A stretch of 64,000 nt of DNA from Callorhinchus milii (taxonomy: Eukaryota). Location: positions 111,912,001 to 111,976,000 of the forward strand of contig NW_024704742.1 in assembly GCF_018977255.1 (NCBI RefSeq). The letters run 5' to 3'. Positions 37,573 through 49,586 of this stretch are shown here, piece by piece. Under the pieces are notes generated by a model. It made no database searches. It saw nothing but the letters and a program-made list of their open reading frames with translations, and was not told the origin of the DNA. Each line of letters opens with the position of its first letter. Within the stretch, counting starts at the first letter, position 1. Both the position numbers and the translations under genes were made by a program.

Positions 37573-39489
37573 TATATTACCAAAGTATTATCATGAAGTC
37601 CTTTGAGAATGTCACCGATTAAATTTTACAATAACTCAATCTCTTGTTTTGTACTATATTAGAATGAGGAAATATTCTCTAGTTTGACTTACTTCTCCAG
37701 TTTCACAATGTAATTTTTTTCAATAAAGTGCAGAAAGAAGCATTTTCACTAAATGGTTCATGTTTGAACATGTTTGTGTTTTGAAACAGCAAATGACAAT
37801 GAGCATCAAGGAGTTAATGAATAGCTTACCCCCCACCCTCACACCCCTTTTCCCCTCAAAAAATTATTTTTATTTCCTACGCTGAAGCTGGCGGTTCTGA
37901 TTTATTTGGTACACTGGGAGAATGTGTTTTTGACAATGTTCAAATGACAAAGCTGCAGACCAGAGTTCTTTGGAGATTAGCAGTGATGGTCATTGGAGAC
38001 TCCACAGACAGAGCCATCTATGGCTATGTTGCTGAACCGTCATTTGCAATTGGCTGTTGTGGAGCGATCCTCACCAGACAACAGGTGCAGATTTGTTGAC
38101 AGGTGTGGATATCTTGGATGAGTAAAATTGCTGATGGCTAATGATGTAGCCGCGTGCTAGATTGTAAAATGCTGAGCTATAACAGAATATGAAGCCAACT
38201 CGCATGCTTTCAGATCACTTGATGCTGATATCCGCCCACCCCCTCAGCCCCGCATGAATTCCCGGGTGACAAGACCCAAGCCCTGACTAAATCCTGTGAA
38301 AATTGTATCTGTGTGCCTTCAGAGTGCCTGGGAAATGTAATCCTGTCAGTTGGGAAATGGCATAAGGATTCCAAGCTGTTTGTCCAGCAGGCATTTACTG
38401 TAAACTTGCAGGAACTCAGCCTCAGTCAAGTTGTCTGAGACTTGTTGACTGCTGCTCTTTTTTTGTTTACTGAGAGGCTTGTGTGGATCGGTTTTAACAT
38501 ATGTGTGGTCTGAAATTGCAGTTCATTCAAAAAGGTCAGTCTGCCTTCAAACAAGAAACAGAGTGTTTGCAGCAATACTCGAAAATTCAGATGAGATTTA
38601 AGAGTATGAAATAATAACCCAGCACCTGCTATTTGGGGATCAAATAGTTGTTCTTTAGATGCTTAATTCAACTATAGTATGAAGTAATACCACAAAAGTC
38701 ACATGAAAGGAGAGTTTCATTTTGTATTATAATAAGTAGGCGATTTTCAAAAATTACTACAAGGCAGTTAAGTCATTGATAGTTGCATATGATTTCCAAG
38801 AAAGTAATTTTACTGAAGAAAAAAAGAACTCAACCAGTTTTTCTTCAGTGAAGAAGCCTTCCTATCATTCGCACGTTTTTGTTAACATATTTATTCTTTG
38901 AGGGAATTACTGTTATGACATTCGCACCTGTCGCCCTTGGAATATTGCTGGACAGCTGGCAGTGTCACTGCGCAGCTGAAACGATACTGGCAGACAAGAG
39001 CAGGACCCGGCTGACAAGTCAGTCGTCTCGGGGTGTTCCCACCGGGTCCTAGCGACTGCAAATCCTTGTTCCACATATACTCAGGTTTAGTATGCGGTGA
39101 TTTGTAACAGGAGTCACTTATAGTGAAGCTGGGTTGCAAATAGCAACTCCTGCCAGGAAACAGAATCATGTCACGCCAACCCCATGATCAGAAGTATTTG
39201 ACGTCTGGGCCGCTTTGGTGACATGGCCTGATGCACTTCTGGTCATCAGAATCAGCTCATCGAATCTCCTGTTAGGAATCACCTCTTGTTGACGTATCCT
39301 GCAATTGTATAGTTCCAAATACATTGATATTGAGTTATTTGTTAATAATTGTCCATTACATTAGCATTTTTTCGAAGTTCAGGATTCATTTTTCTTAATT
39401 TGACTATCACAAAGTGAAGTGTTAGTGCACTGCATTTTATTTTTCAATTATGCATTTTGTAGGGGATAAACTGTGTATATTCCATTTAT

Positions 39490-41100
39490 GTCTTTAATGG
39501 CTTCTCCTACTGCTAATGTTCCTCGAGGTTCTTTCATTAGTCCTGTCCTTTTCCTCATTTACACGCTCCACCTTGACATCTTCTGTGGGCAGTGGGCGCA
39601 CTTCAATTTGTACACAGACAACACCCAACTACCTTTTTGCCTCCACCCTCGACTCCAGCACTACTGCTGTTCTGACAGACTACCTGTCAGACGTCAACCT
39701 CTGGATTGACTTTAACATTCTCTAACTCAGCATTGACAAAATTAAGGCTGTTCTGCTTGGCTCCCGTCAGTACCTCCTCACAAGAGGTGCAGCCAATATC
39801 GATATCGGCGGTTTCTTACTCCAACTCACGGAGCCCGTGAGGAACCTTGGCATTTGTTTAACCCTCAACTCTTTTAAACCCTTCATCTAGGCTCTAAGGA
39901 AGATGATTTCTTTCTTCTCCACAACATAGCCGCTTCTGCTACTATCCCACCCTTATGCAGTTGAAAACCTCCATCTAAGTCGTTGTCACTTCCAAACTTG
40001 ATTTTACCAATTTCCTACTTGCCATCTTCCCCAAATCCATCCTTCAGAAACTCAAAAACATCCTGACCTCTGAAGCCCACACCCTCTCTTCCACCAGGCT
40101 CTGTGAGTCCATCTCCCCCATCCTGTTGCCGGTCTGCCTCTTCAGATGGATGTTAAATATCCCATGACACTTTTCAAAAAGAGAAAGGAGTTAATCCCAG
40201 TGATGTTTGAGGTATATCAAATACAAAGATTATTATTATCCTCATCTAGTTCCACTGCCTCTCTAACTCCAGCGGATAAACTTTTACAATCCTCATCATA
40301 CCTTCAAAAACTCTTGTAGAACTTACCCTATCCTACCTCTGCGATCTCCTGTGAACGTATTCAACAGTCATTCCTTCAGCTCTGCCATCTACATTTTCTC
40401 ATTCCTACCCTGTTCACTCTCTGGCACCTCTCCGACCTCCTCAGTCTCCAATCCACCACCCGGCACCTCCGCTCGACTGGCACTGGCCTCCTGCTCGTCC
40501 TTCGCAACCTCCGCCCCACCATCGGAGGTTGCACTTTCAGGCACTACGCCCCAAAACTCTGAAACACTCTCCCTCAATCCCTCCGCCTTGGCCCCTCTCT
40601 CCCCATTATCAAGTCCTGCCTGAAAACCTTCCTTTTCAACTGTGCTTACGGCCACCTCGCCCCACCCCTACCACTCCCCCTATCAGAGTCAGGCTCTGCC
40701 ACTGTTAATACTAAATAATAATAATAATCCTTGCATTTGATATAGCGCTTTTCACATCTTCTAGACATCTCAAAGCGCTTCACAGAATATACTGTAAAGT
40801 GAATTGACTGTATATTTGTGGGCGAAATGTGGCAGCCAATTGCACCCAGCAGTGTCCCACAAACAGTCGTGGATTGAAAATGACCAATTTATTATTATTA
40901 TTGTTTTTTGGGGGGATTATTATTAGGCGTGTGGAGTAAGGAAACTTGCCCAAGATTTCGCCCTGCCTGGAATTTAATTCAGGTGTTCTCGCTTGCAAGG
41001 CGAGTGCTCTAACCACTGAGCTACAGGACTCCACAACGTTAAGCGCTCTGATACGCTACCCTGCATGGAGGGTGCTATATAAGTGCAAGTTGTTGTTGTC
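39490..41100 (+). mobile_element. Degraded L2 LINE 3' part, interrupted by a DeuSINE fragment (about 40125-40240) and a tRNA-SINE (40714-41032)
   Basis: Decayed VPRGSFISPVLFLIY / YTDNTQL and GTGAGGAACCTTGG motifs. The 3' UTR resumes after the SINE as gttaagcgctctga...gtgctatataagtgcaagttgttgttg. Confidence 0.85.
40714..41032 (-). mobile_element. Full-length tRNA-SINE inserted into an L2 3' UTR
   Basis: Colinear with 6534-6859; flanked by gttaa on both sides. Confidence 0.92.
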
Positions 41101-42714
41101 CCATTATTGGTGGGTGCGTTTTTAGCCATTTTGCCCTTGCCCTCTGGATATCTCTTCAGAAATCTCTCCGCCTCATTCCCTCCTATTCTGCTTTCTCTTC
41201 TCCCCCCACCTCTCTCCCACACCTCCTGTCTGCTTCTCAGCTCAGGCTCTCACTCAGTCTTTGTAAAGTACTTTGAGACATTCTCCCTCGATGAACAGCC
41301 CTAAATAAGTGCAGATTGTTGCTGTTATATGTGTTTGTGGATAGAAAATCCAAATAAAGTATTTGCATTTAAAGTGCTAGTTATTGTGTAGTAAAGCGAG
41401 TTGGAAATTGATTTGCTTAGCTGTATAGAAGTTACATTGATGGTGGATCTGTCAATAAACACAAGATTGATAAAACCACAGAAGCAGTGAGCAAGATGTA
41501 ACAAGAGTTGTGCGGAGGTAAGACACTTAACACCCCGCTGAGTCAGACATTTGTTTCATTTTGGAAACATGAGATAATTTGTTGATGGGGGTCTATGAGG
41601 GTCAATATGTTCCTTCTGAATCTGCAATACAAGCTAGGGAAAGTACTAACGGTTGGTTATCTGAAATTGCCAGAAATAGCATGCAATACAAAAAATTACA
41701 TTCATAAGTGTGTGGAATGAATATGCTTTCAAATGCACATTAATAAAGATCTAAAAGTTATGTAGGAAGGGCTTTCATTTAAAGAAAACTTTACCTGTGT
41801 CATAATCTGAAAACTACTATTTCTACAAAAGTAGAGACATTTTGGAACATGTTCAATGATTATTCATTTGAGGAGAGAGTTTCAAGTTTTAGGCGTGTTT
41901 AATTTCACTCATTAGTTCATTTGTTTTTTTTCCAAATGACTAACTCAAAAATATTTACTAGAATTAAATGTATTAAAATGACAGTGAACCAAGATAACAA
42001 CTGGTGGGAATGGAAAATGTCTGCTAGTATGTGGGAAAGGAAATGATCTAAAACCATTGGGACAAAAATGCACTGAAATAGAAGAGGGACATTTTGAAGA
42101 TGAGCATGCACATCTCTTAGCTACATATGAATGACCAAACTAGAACGTATTGTCTTAACCCTTCAAGGAGTATTTTGCAACCAAAAAGAAAATCTGTTTT
42201 GCAGTATTATGTACATTTTTATTTCTAGGAATGTGACACATTTTCTTAAGCCTGTATATATGATTATTACTGTACTTCCAATATTAAATATGGGAGATGT
42301 CCAGAGAATAAATTTTGCAGATGTTTGTGTGAAAGCTGAAAAATGATTTTATTCCTCAATGGGTTAATGAAACAGTTGTTCCTTGAGATTTAAGGTAGTT
42401 AAACACAGAGCTGCATATAGGACATTGCAATTTGATTGGAATTCTGAGTTCAGAAAAATGGTGCTGCAGACAGCAATTAATGTAATCACACTGAGCGTTG
42501 CAAACGATGATGTGGTTTTTATATAAAATTTTCATGGTTCTTTTAGTGGATTGCAGTGTTCCTTTGGTCCCTTTGATTCAATATTCATTGATGATTTTTG
42601 GTCTGAAATGGGCTGTAGTTTGATCAAAGGCGCTCGGATTTTACACATCCTTTGTTCCGGGATGTCCCTTGTGATCTGTATAGAAGTTTGAACTTTCCAA
42701 ATTGTGTATTTCAG

Positions 42715-42858
42715 ACGTTGAGAAAGAAGGGACTAAATGGCTGTGACAGCCCAGACCCAGAAGCAGACGATTCAGTGGGTCACAGCCCTGAGTCTGACGA
42801 GAAGTGCAGAAAAATAAATGAAGATATTGATCTAATGATCAGCAGGCAAAGATTGTGT
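42715..42858 (+). CDS. MEF2C: MEF2C alternative exon alpha1 ([48 protein letters not shown])
   Basis: tttcag|ACG acceptor and TGT|gtaagt donor. 144 bp, 48 aa. The '[10 protein letters not shown]...[15 protein letters not shown]' sequence is characteristic of MEF2C alpha1. Confidence 0.97.
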
Positions 42859-42914
42859 GTAAGTACAAGGATCTTCCTTCATTTTTATTTTTGATATCTC
42901 TCTGAACCTGGCAG

Positions 42915-43052
42915 GCATTGAACAAGAAGGAAAACAAAGGCTGTGACAGCCCTGATCCTGACTCCTCTTACGCTCTTACCCCACGCACTGAAGAAAAATA
43001 CAAAAAAATTAATGAAGAGTTTGATAATATGATAAGGAATCATAAAATACCT
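42915..43052 (+). CDS. MEF2C: MEF2C alternative exon alpha2 (ALNKKENKGCDSPDPDSSYALTPRTEEKYKKINEEFDNMIRNHKIP); muscle-type, mutually exclusive with alpha1
   Basis: ggcag|GCA acceptor and CCT|gtaagt donor. 138 bp, 46 aa, translated by hand (absent from the ORF track). Paralogous to alpha1, same phase. Confidence 0.96.
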
Positions 43053-44737
43053 GTAAGTACCATGAGTTAGATGGCTGTTGTGCTGACGACTGCTGCAGTA
43101 ACCTTTACCCTTTTAGTGCAGATATCTCACATTTTACATAAATGCTTAGTTAGTACTTATGCACATTTCATGCACATAACATTTTCTAACAAGCAGAACT
43201 AAATTATGCCTCCTTCTTTGGTTCCTAGCTGTATAGTATAATCCAAATGACATCCATTTTAGCTGTCATCGAGAGCAGCGGGGAGGAGTGACTTTGTATA
43301 AGATCTTGAGAAACTAAGGCACTGACTTTTACATAGGTTTGTATAAATTTCTTCTTTAATCACTCTACCATTAAAGTTTGTTACAATTTTTAGCTGTACC
43401 CTCACTTGATCATTGGCATCAGTATTGAGTGACTAAAACAGAATGTAGCAAAATGTACGACACAAAATCTATAACACATCTCTGACCATCAGTTACAACT
43501 ATGAGTTAAAAATAAACGACAGCCACACTCTTTAAAAATAAAACCATGTAGGAGGTGACAGGTGGGCAATAGTACCTTGTGTGTGTATGTCAGAGAATAC
43601 TGATCTATATTTAAACAAATGCTTTCATAAGCAAAGCATTCCTAACCAACACATGGTAGAAACATTATCTTACTTTCCATCACATGTAGTAATGTTTAAG
43701 AGTAATACATTTAAGATGGATCATTCCTATATCTCATACTTTTCATCACAAAGTCCATTTTTATTTTTAACATAACAAATATACGCCAACTTTAAATATT
43801 GAAGCACTCTCTAAAACACAATCTGTCCAGTTAGCAATACTTTTCATAATTAAAAAAAGCAGAACGAAATTTTAGAAAATTAAAAGGATACCATCATTAT
43901 TACACAACATTTTTTCATCTGAATATTCACATGCCATGTGATGACAGGATTTACATTGTGAGAATACCATGTGTGCTTCTGAAACATCATTGTATCTCTT
44001 GCAATGACGGAATAATGACAGAACTGGCACTGAGATCCTCTGGAATCAAGCTACTGAAAATTTCTTCCCTAAATGACAATGATTGTCGCTTGAAAAATAT
44101 AAGCCGTTTTATTTATTTCTTTTATGCATTTACCTTTGGCCTTTTGTGCCTCTCAAATGACAAAAGAACTGGGAAATGGAATGTTTGTTTTCTCCATTTG
44201 GCACTCAATAAACACATCAAGCAATTTCTTGTTAGTTATAGCACAAACGAGAGGTAATACTGAGCTCCCTCAACACTACTCTGGCAATGTGCCTGAAGTC
44301 CCAACTTTATATAAGACAGCCTCCTGCCCCAGTGAGGCTCTTTATGACTCTTACACCATCTCCTTGTGGGCTGTATAAATGATGTTGCCAAAGTACAGCT
44401 GAGAGTGCCAGATTTCAGGGCAGTGTTGTGTTGAACTCACACTCATTGATAAGCAGTGTGAGACCAACCAATTCAATTAAGCCCTTAAACAACAACAACT
44501 TGTATATATATAGCACCCTTCATGTCCGTCGGCATCGTGAAACCCTTAGAAGGCATTGAAGAAAGATTTTTTTTCCACCCATTTTTCTGAGCTGGATTTA
44601 GATTCAGATCTGCCAGGTGAAAGTGCAGTGTTCAAACCTCTTACACTTTTTTGCTGCATGTTGTGGGTGTTATATGCTCCACTTATTTTCACTGTTTTAA
44701 CCACATTGGTTTATTTGCCAATAATTTTTAAAATTCA

Positions 44738-45092
44738 TTAATAATCTTTGTATTTGATATAGTGTCTTATCACTTTGTTTAAAACACCTCAAAGCACTTC
44801 ACAGAATATACTGTAAAGCAGTTTGACTGTCTATTTTGTGGGCGAAACGTATCAGCCAGTTTGCACGTAGCCCACATGTCCCACAAAGAGCCATTGAGTG
44901 ATTGATCAATTTTATTTGCGGGATTGTTGCCCAGGACTCTGAGAAAAACTCCCTTCTCTTTTCAAATAGTGCCATAGGATCCTTAACGTCCACCTGAACA
45001 GGCAGACGAGAACTCAGTTTAACGTCTAATTTGAAGGACATCACCTCCAAAAATGCAATACGCCCCCAGCACTGCATTAGATGTCAGCTTAG
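44738..45092 (-). mobile_element. DeuSINE-type element lacking its head
   Basis: The reverse strand reads GACGTTAAACTGAG...CTGCCTGTTCAGGTGGACGTTAAGGATCCTATGGCACTATTTGAAAAGAGAAGGGAGT. Confidence 0.8.
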
Positions 45093-45804
45093 TCTTTATC
45101 TTTAAGCAAGTTGTAATATTTCTAATAGTTAAACAGAGGACACTTCCATTTTATCTCAAATTTGCGGCCGTTACATTACAGAACAATCATGGTACCTGTA
45201 CTCCAAAGGGTTAAAGCTTACTGCTCGCTGTAGTGCGTCAAGCTGCATGAAATCCTGTTGATGAAATTCAAACACGTTTGTGTGCTGGGGTGAATTAACA
45301 GGATTACAAAAATTGCTTTGCGTCCCGTCAAGAACATTTATTCTCCTGCCTTAACATTAAGCTACTTTGTTGACAACTAAAGCAAAGCCTCAACACTCAC
45401 AGTCTTTCATATGCCTCGCCAGAACTCTGAGAGAAATAACATAACTATTGCATGTGCTTACTGTTGCATGAATAACTAGCTCACCAATGTGATCACTTGT
45501 AATACTGTACAGTGCACTATATCAGGTTTTCTTTATTTTTCAACTGTGCTTGTGTTTATGAAAATGGATACAATCGTCTTTCTTCCTAACATACCATTAG
45601 CACTGTTATTGTAAAGACTTCAATTGGTTATTTTTGTCCATAATTCAACAAGGGCATGAACGGATAAGTTTNAAAAAAACCTTCAAAGCGTTTCAAATTT
45701 TTGCAAAATTCAATTGACATTCACTGAAAAATAAATAAAATGTTTGTTGCAGTCTCCAGCTTCTGCTAGTGACAGTTCAGCTTGTGGTCAGTGTGGTTAA
45801 AGAC

Positions 45805-46030
45805 AGCAGGGCAGCCAGATCCGAGTAATGGATGCCGTCATCTCACACAGGAAGGATGGCACCATCAAAATGACAGCTTACTGTAAGCCTACACACGCAT
45901 GGCGTAGCATCACCATTTCAAATCACCTCGCCCAGTAGACCACAAAGTAGAGGTGGGAAGAACATTGCTGAACAGAGATGAAATGGTGGGTCCTGAAGAT
46001 GACATGGTCAACAGGACCCAAGTAAAAGAC
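45805..46030 (+). mobile_element. Penelope-like retroelement RT C-terminal remnant
   Basis: Frameshifted DGTIKMTAYCKPTH...FKSPRPVDHKVEVGRTLLNR resembles the PLE motif YRKPTHT...F.S.HP..HK..V.RTL..RA. Confidence 0.55.
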
Positions 46031-47435
46031 TCATTGAAGAGCTGACTTAATGTGGCCATTCTAAATGGGTTGCATACATGACCAAGTGGTCCAAAACCTC
46101 ACGTAAATTACCAAAAAAAAACATCAGCGCAGCCAAAAGAAACAGTCCTTCATCTATTGGATGTGTTGTGACATTTCCAAGAGACATTCATTAGCAAAGA
46201 TATTAAAATGGTGTTAAAATCTGGAGCCACGTGTACTTTTCTGTACACTGCATGTTAAACCATAAAATTTATTCCAGTGCAAAGAATAATAAAAGATAGT
46301 TTTTTTTATAAAAGGTAAAAATTGAACTAAATTACATAATGATATATGGAAATTGGGTTATAATTGGGTCAGATCAATTAAGAACATGCACATTTAAAAT
46401 AATACAAAGATAAACCAGAATATTAACTGGTAAACCTCTTGAGAGCTACACTAAATGATAGTCAGTTTGGATGATCAGCGATTCTGAATAAAGGAGGATT
46501 TTACACAGTAAGTAGAGGGAATAGAAACACTGAGGAAAAACCTTGTCAGTGAAAAATAAACCAACAGGACTTTTTTTTAATGATGTATTTAATCCATTAA
46601 TTTCCCTCCCTCCCATTTCTCACCCTCTGCCTTTCCTGAACAAACCGGAAACTGCTGCCAAGAGGGCAGATGGACAGTCCATTCCTCGGCCTCTGCCAAG
46701 CATGTTCTGAACTAGCCATCAGAAGTCATGGAGTCTCCTCCAGATTTCCTTCCCTCCCTGTGGGGAGACACCTGGCGTCCATTCAGTGGCTTCCTTACCA
46801 GCAGTGACATTGCTAAGATCCCAAACTCAGGCAGGAGGGAAACCACGTCCCACCATTGTTTAATGCTTCATGTTGTGCTCCAGCACCCTGTGCCCCTCTA
46901 TTCTGCAGGACTCAGAAGTTGCATTTTTATCCGTGTCACCAAGCCCTGCTCATTAACCTCACAATAACCTCATTTTTGTTTTCTTGTATGCTTCAAGTAA
47001 AGTGTTGCACACAGGTATATATGCACACAGAAATAACAGAAGTGTCACACATAAGAGGGTCGTTATCGTTGTTACCATATTTTAAGCCTGACAACTCAGC
47101 TGAAGCAAAACGTTAGGCAAATCATTTTTATTTCATGATCGTAAATCCTGAATGCATTGCCGAATGACATTAAAGTATGCAGCATTTAATTATCAATGAT
47201 CCAAACTTTAAAATACTTTCTAAAACACAACTGAATTAGAATTTCTTGTGCAGTGTTACAGCATTGATAATGTGTTATCAATGTTCTTAAAAATGAAAGA
47301 CCATCAAATTGCGCTCGAGCTGACAGCAGTTATGATTTATGGGTTTTCTAAGAAAATTTAGAAAACTCTCATGACACAATAGCCTCCATGTTATTTGCTG
47401 TTTTTCATGACTGCACGTGCCAATTATCTTGCTCA

Positions 47436-47832
47436 TTCTGATCTGGCTCAGTGAGTTTAAGTGAGCAGCCGATCCATACAGACTAGAAAGACCCTAAGTT
47501 CAATCCTAGGTCTGTGCTGCGTTAGCTGATCTCAGCTGGGGTGAAGTAGACGCTCTATAATTGGCCTCAGCATCTTTCGATTAAGGAGAGGAGAATCAGC
47601 CAGGGTCCCCTTCCCAATTGTATTGTGTGATCCCGCCTGGTCATCAGCTTGTGCCGCACTGGATGAGGGCAGGATCAAGCTTGCCTGTGATGCTTCTCAC
47701 AATCTGTCAACACTCACTGTCAAGTGTCACACATGAAATGGCTGTTTGGGTGAGGTAGCAGAGGTTGGCTAATATCCGTGGAACCAACAAGAAATCTATG
47801 GCTTCAGGAGAGGAGAGAATGGGAGAAAATTG
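47436..47832 (+). mobile_element. Near full-length LF-SINE-like element
   Basis: GGTCTGTGCTGCGTTAGCTGATCTCAGC, TATAATTGGCCTCAG, AATCAGCCAGGG, ACACTCACTGTC, CACACATGAA, TTCAGGAGAGGAG, colinear with the LF-SINE consensus as recalled. Confidence 0.85.
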
Positions 47833-48689
47833 TCAATGAAAACAAGTAAAAAGTGCCTGCAAACTGCCTTGTACTTTAAGTCTTACAGCATTTCCAAGGT
47901 GACAAATTGCAACTTCTACAAACTTGCAATCCATCCCAAGCAGCATTATTAATGACATAACCAGCCTTCCTTGCAGCATTCATGTCTATGTACTGTATTT
48001 ATTAGCATGCATTATTTTTGTACGAGTACAGATATGAAAAAAATCCTTCAGCGCGTAGTGAAAAATAAATTGGAAGACCTCGCAGCTTTCTGAGCATTAA
48101 CAGGAATCTGTGCAGAACTTATCAAAGGAGAGGACGCCTGTTTTGTATGAGATCTTTAAGTTTTGTATTGAATCAAATGAGACAGGAAAATTAATGTCCG
48201 ATGATTACTATTGGTGGCTTACTGAACATGTTACACTTAGGAATGAATGTTACAGAAACAATTGAAATAAGTAAGGGAGTAAAATGATTGCAGTTATATT
48301 AGATAATTGTTTTCCTTTTACAAAAATACAGTACTACAATTTACACAAATAAACTAAAGTTATGAAAAATCATTATCTCCACAATGTGTTACTTGGAACT
48401 TATATATGCAACTTTTTAAAATCATAAAACACTATATTAACAGATCTAACTAAAATTCATCACATCGTCTGGTGATCCAAGCTCACTCTTTCCTGAACTT
48501 CAGAATTATGGCACCTCCTCATCTCTCTCATTTTTCCTTTCCTCTTACAATCCACAGGTTTTCAAAACCAAAATATCACCTTATCACTGTTCCTTAATTT
48601 ATTTCCTATGTTTTTTAATCATGTTGGCATTCTGCACTGTGGCCTCTGGCCATTCACCTCGTTTTTTTTCCTATTTGAAACTATTAATC

Positions 48690-48820
48690 CTTACTTTCAA
48701 ATACGCCAAAGCAATAGAACAAGAGGGCACAGGTTAAGGGATGGAAAGGGCAATTTTAGGACAGACACCAGGGAGTATTCTTTCGCACAGAGAGTAATTA
48801 GCGTCTGGAATGGATAGACA
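48690..48820 (+). mobile_element. CR1 ORF2 C-terminal fragment
   Basis: Encodes RTRGHRLR...FRTDTREYSFAQRVISVWN, the CR1 TRGH...QRV...WN motif. Confidence 0.75.
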
Positions 48821-49402
48821 GGAAAGAGGTAGATAACATCTACCCTTGTTCCCCCCCCAAAAAAAATAAGGAATTGCAAAATGGATACTTCTTAAATTTA
48901 TAAATACTGGATGATTTATTGCATTCATTTTAACAAAAGAAATTAATTAAAAATTACAAGAGTTGAAAATAAAACCAATACATATTTGTCTACCTTAGTT
49001 GTGTGACCTTTAAACAAAAACAATCTCAACTGACACCCCCCCCAAACAAACACACACCCCATGTTCTTACTCTCTGTAGTTAACCCAAGTTGTCTAAAAT
49101 TTCTATCATTTAAGTTGCTATACAGTACTGTAGGATTTCCCAAACATTTCTGAGGCATCTTCTGAGCTATCTGTGCCATTCTGTTTTATTGATGTTTTCC
49201 ATGTACTGAGTTTCCCTTGCACTACATGTATAATGTGCAATACAAAAGTGATTAAATCAAGTCTATACAGAAATATTTATTATTGAGATACTTTGCAAAG
49301 TTTGAGTTGCACTGAACCAAGCTGTAAATGGAACCCTGGTTTCTTTTTGTCATTGGTCTATTCCTCCCCTATTTTGTTTTTTCCTTCTTTTCTGTTGCAT
49401 AG

Positions 49403-49586
49403 GCTGTTCCACCACCGAACTTTGAGATGCCAGTTTCGATCCCTGTGTCCAACCAGAACAACCTGGTCTACAGTAATCCAGGCTCCCTGGGCAACCACAA
49501 CCTAATGCCAATGGCTCACCCCTCTATGCAGAGGAACAGCATGTCTCCTGGAGTAACACAGAGGCCACCGAGTGCAGGAAACGCAG
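49403..49586 (+). CDS. MEF2C: MEF2C exon ([62 protein letters not shown])
   Basis: Long pyrimidine tract plus catag|GCT acceptor and G|gtagga donor. 184 bp, phase 0/1. Matches the MEF2C transactivation region. Confidence 0.96.

Noticed and set aside
47081..47118. Possible hammerhead (CTGACAA...CAAAACGTT)
   Set aside because: Two core positions are wrong and stem I does not pair convincingly.
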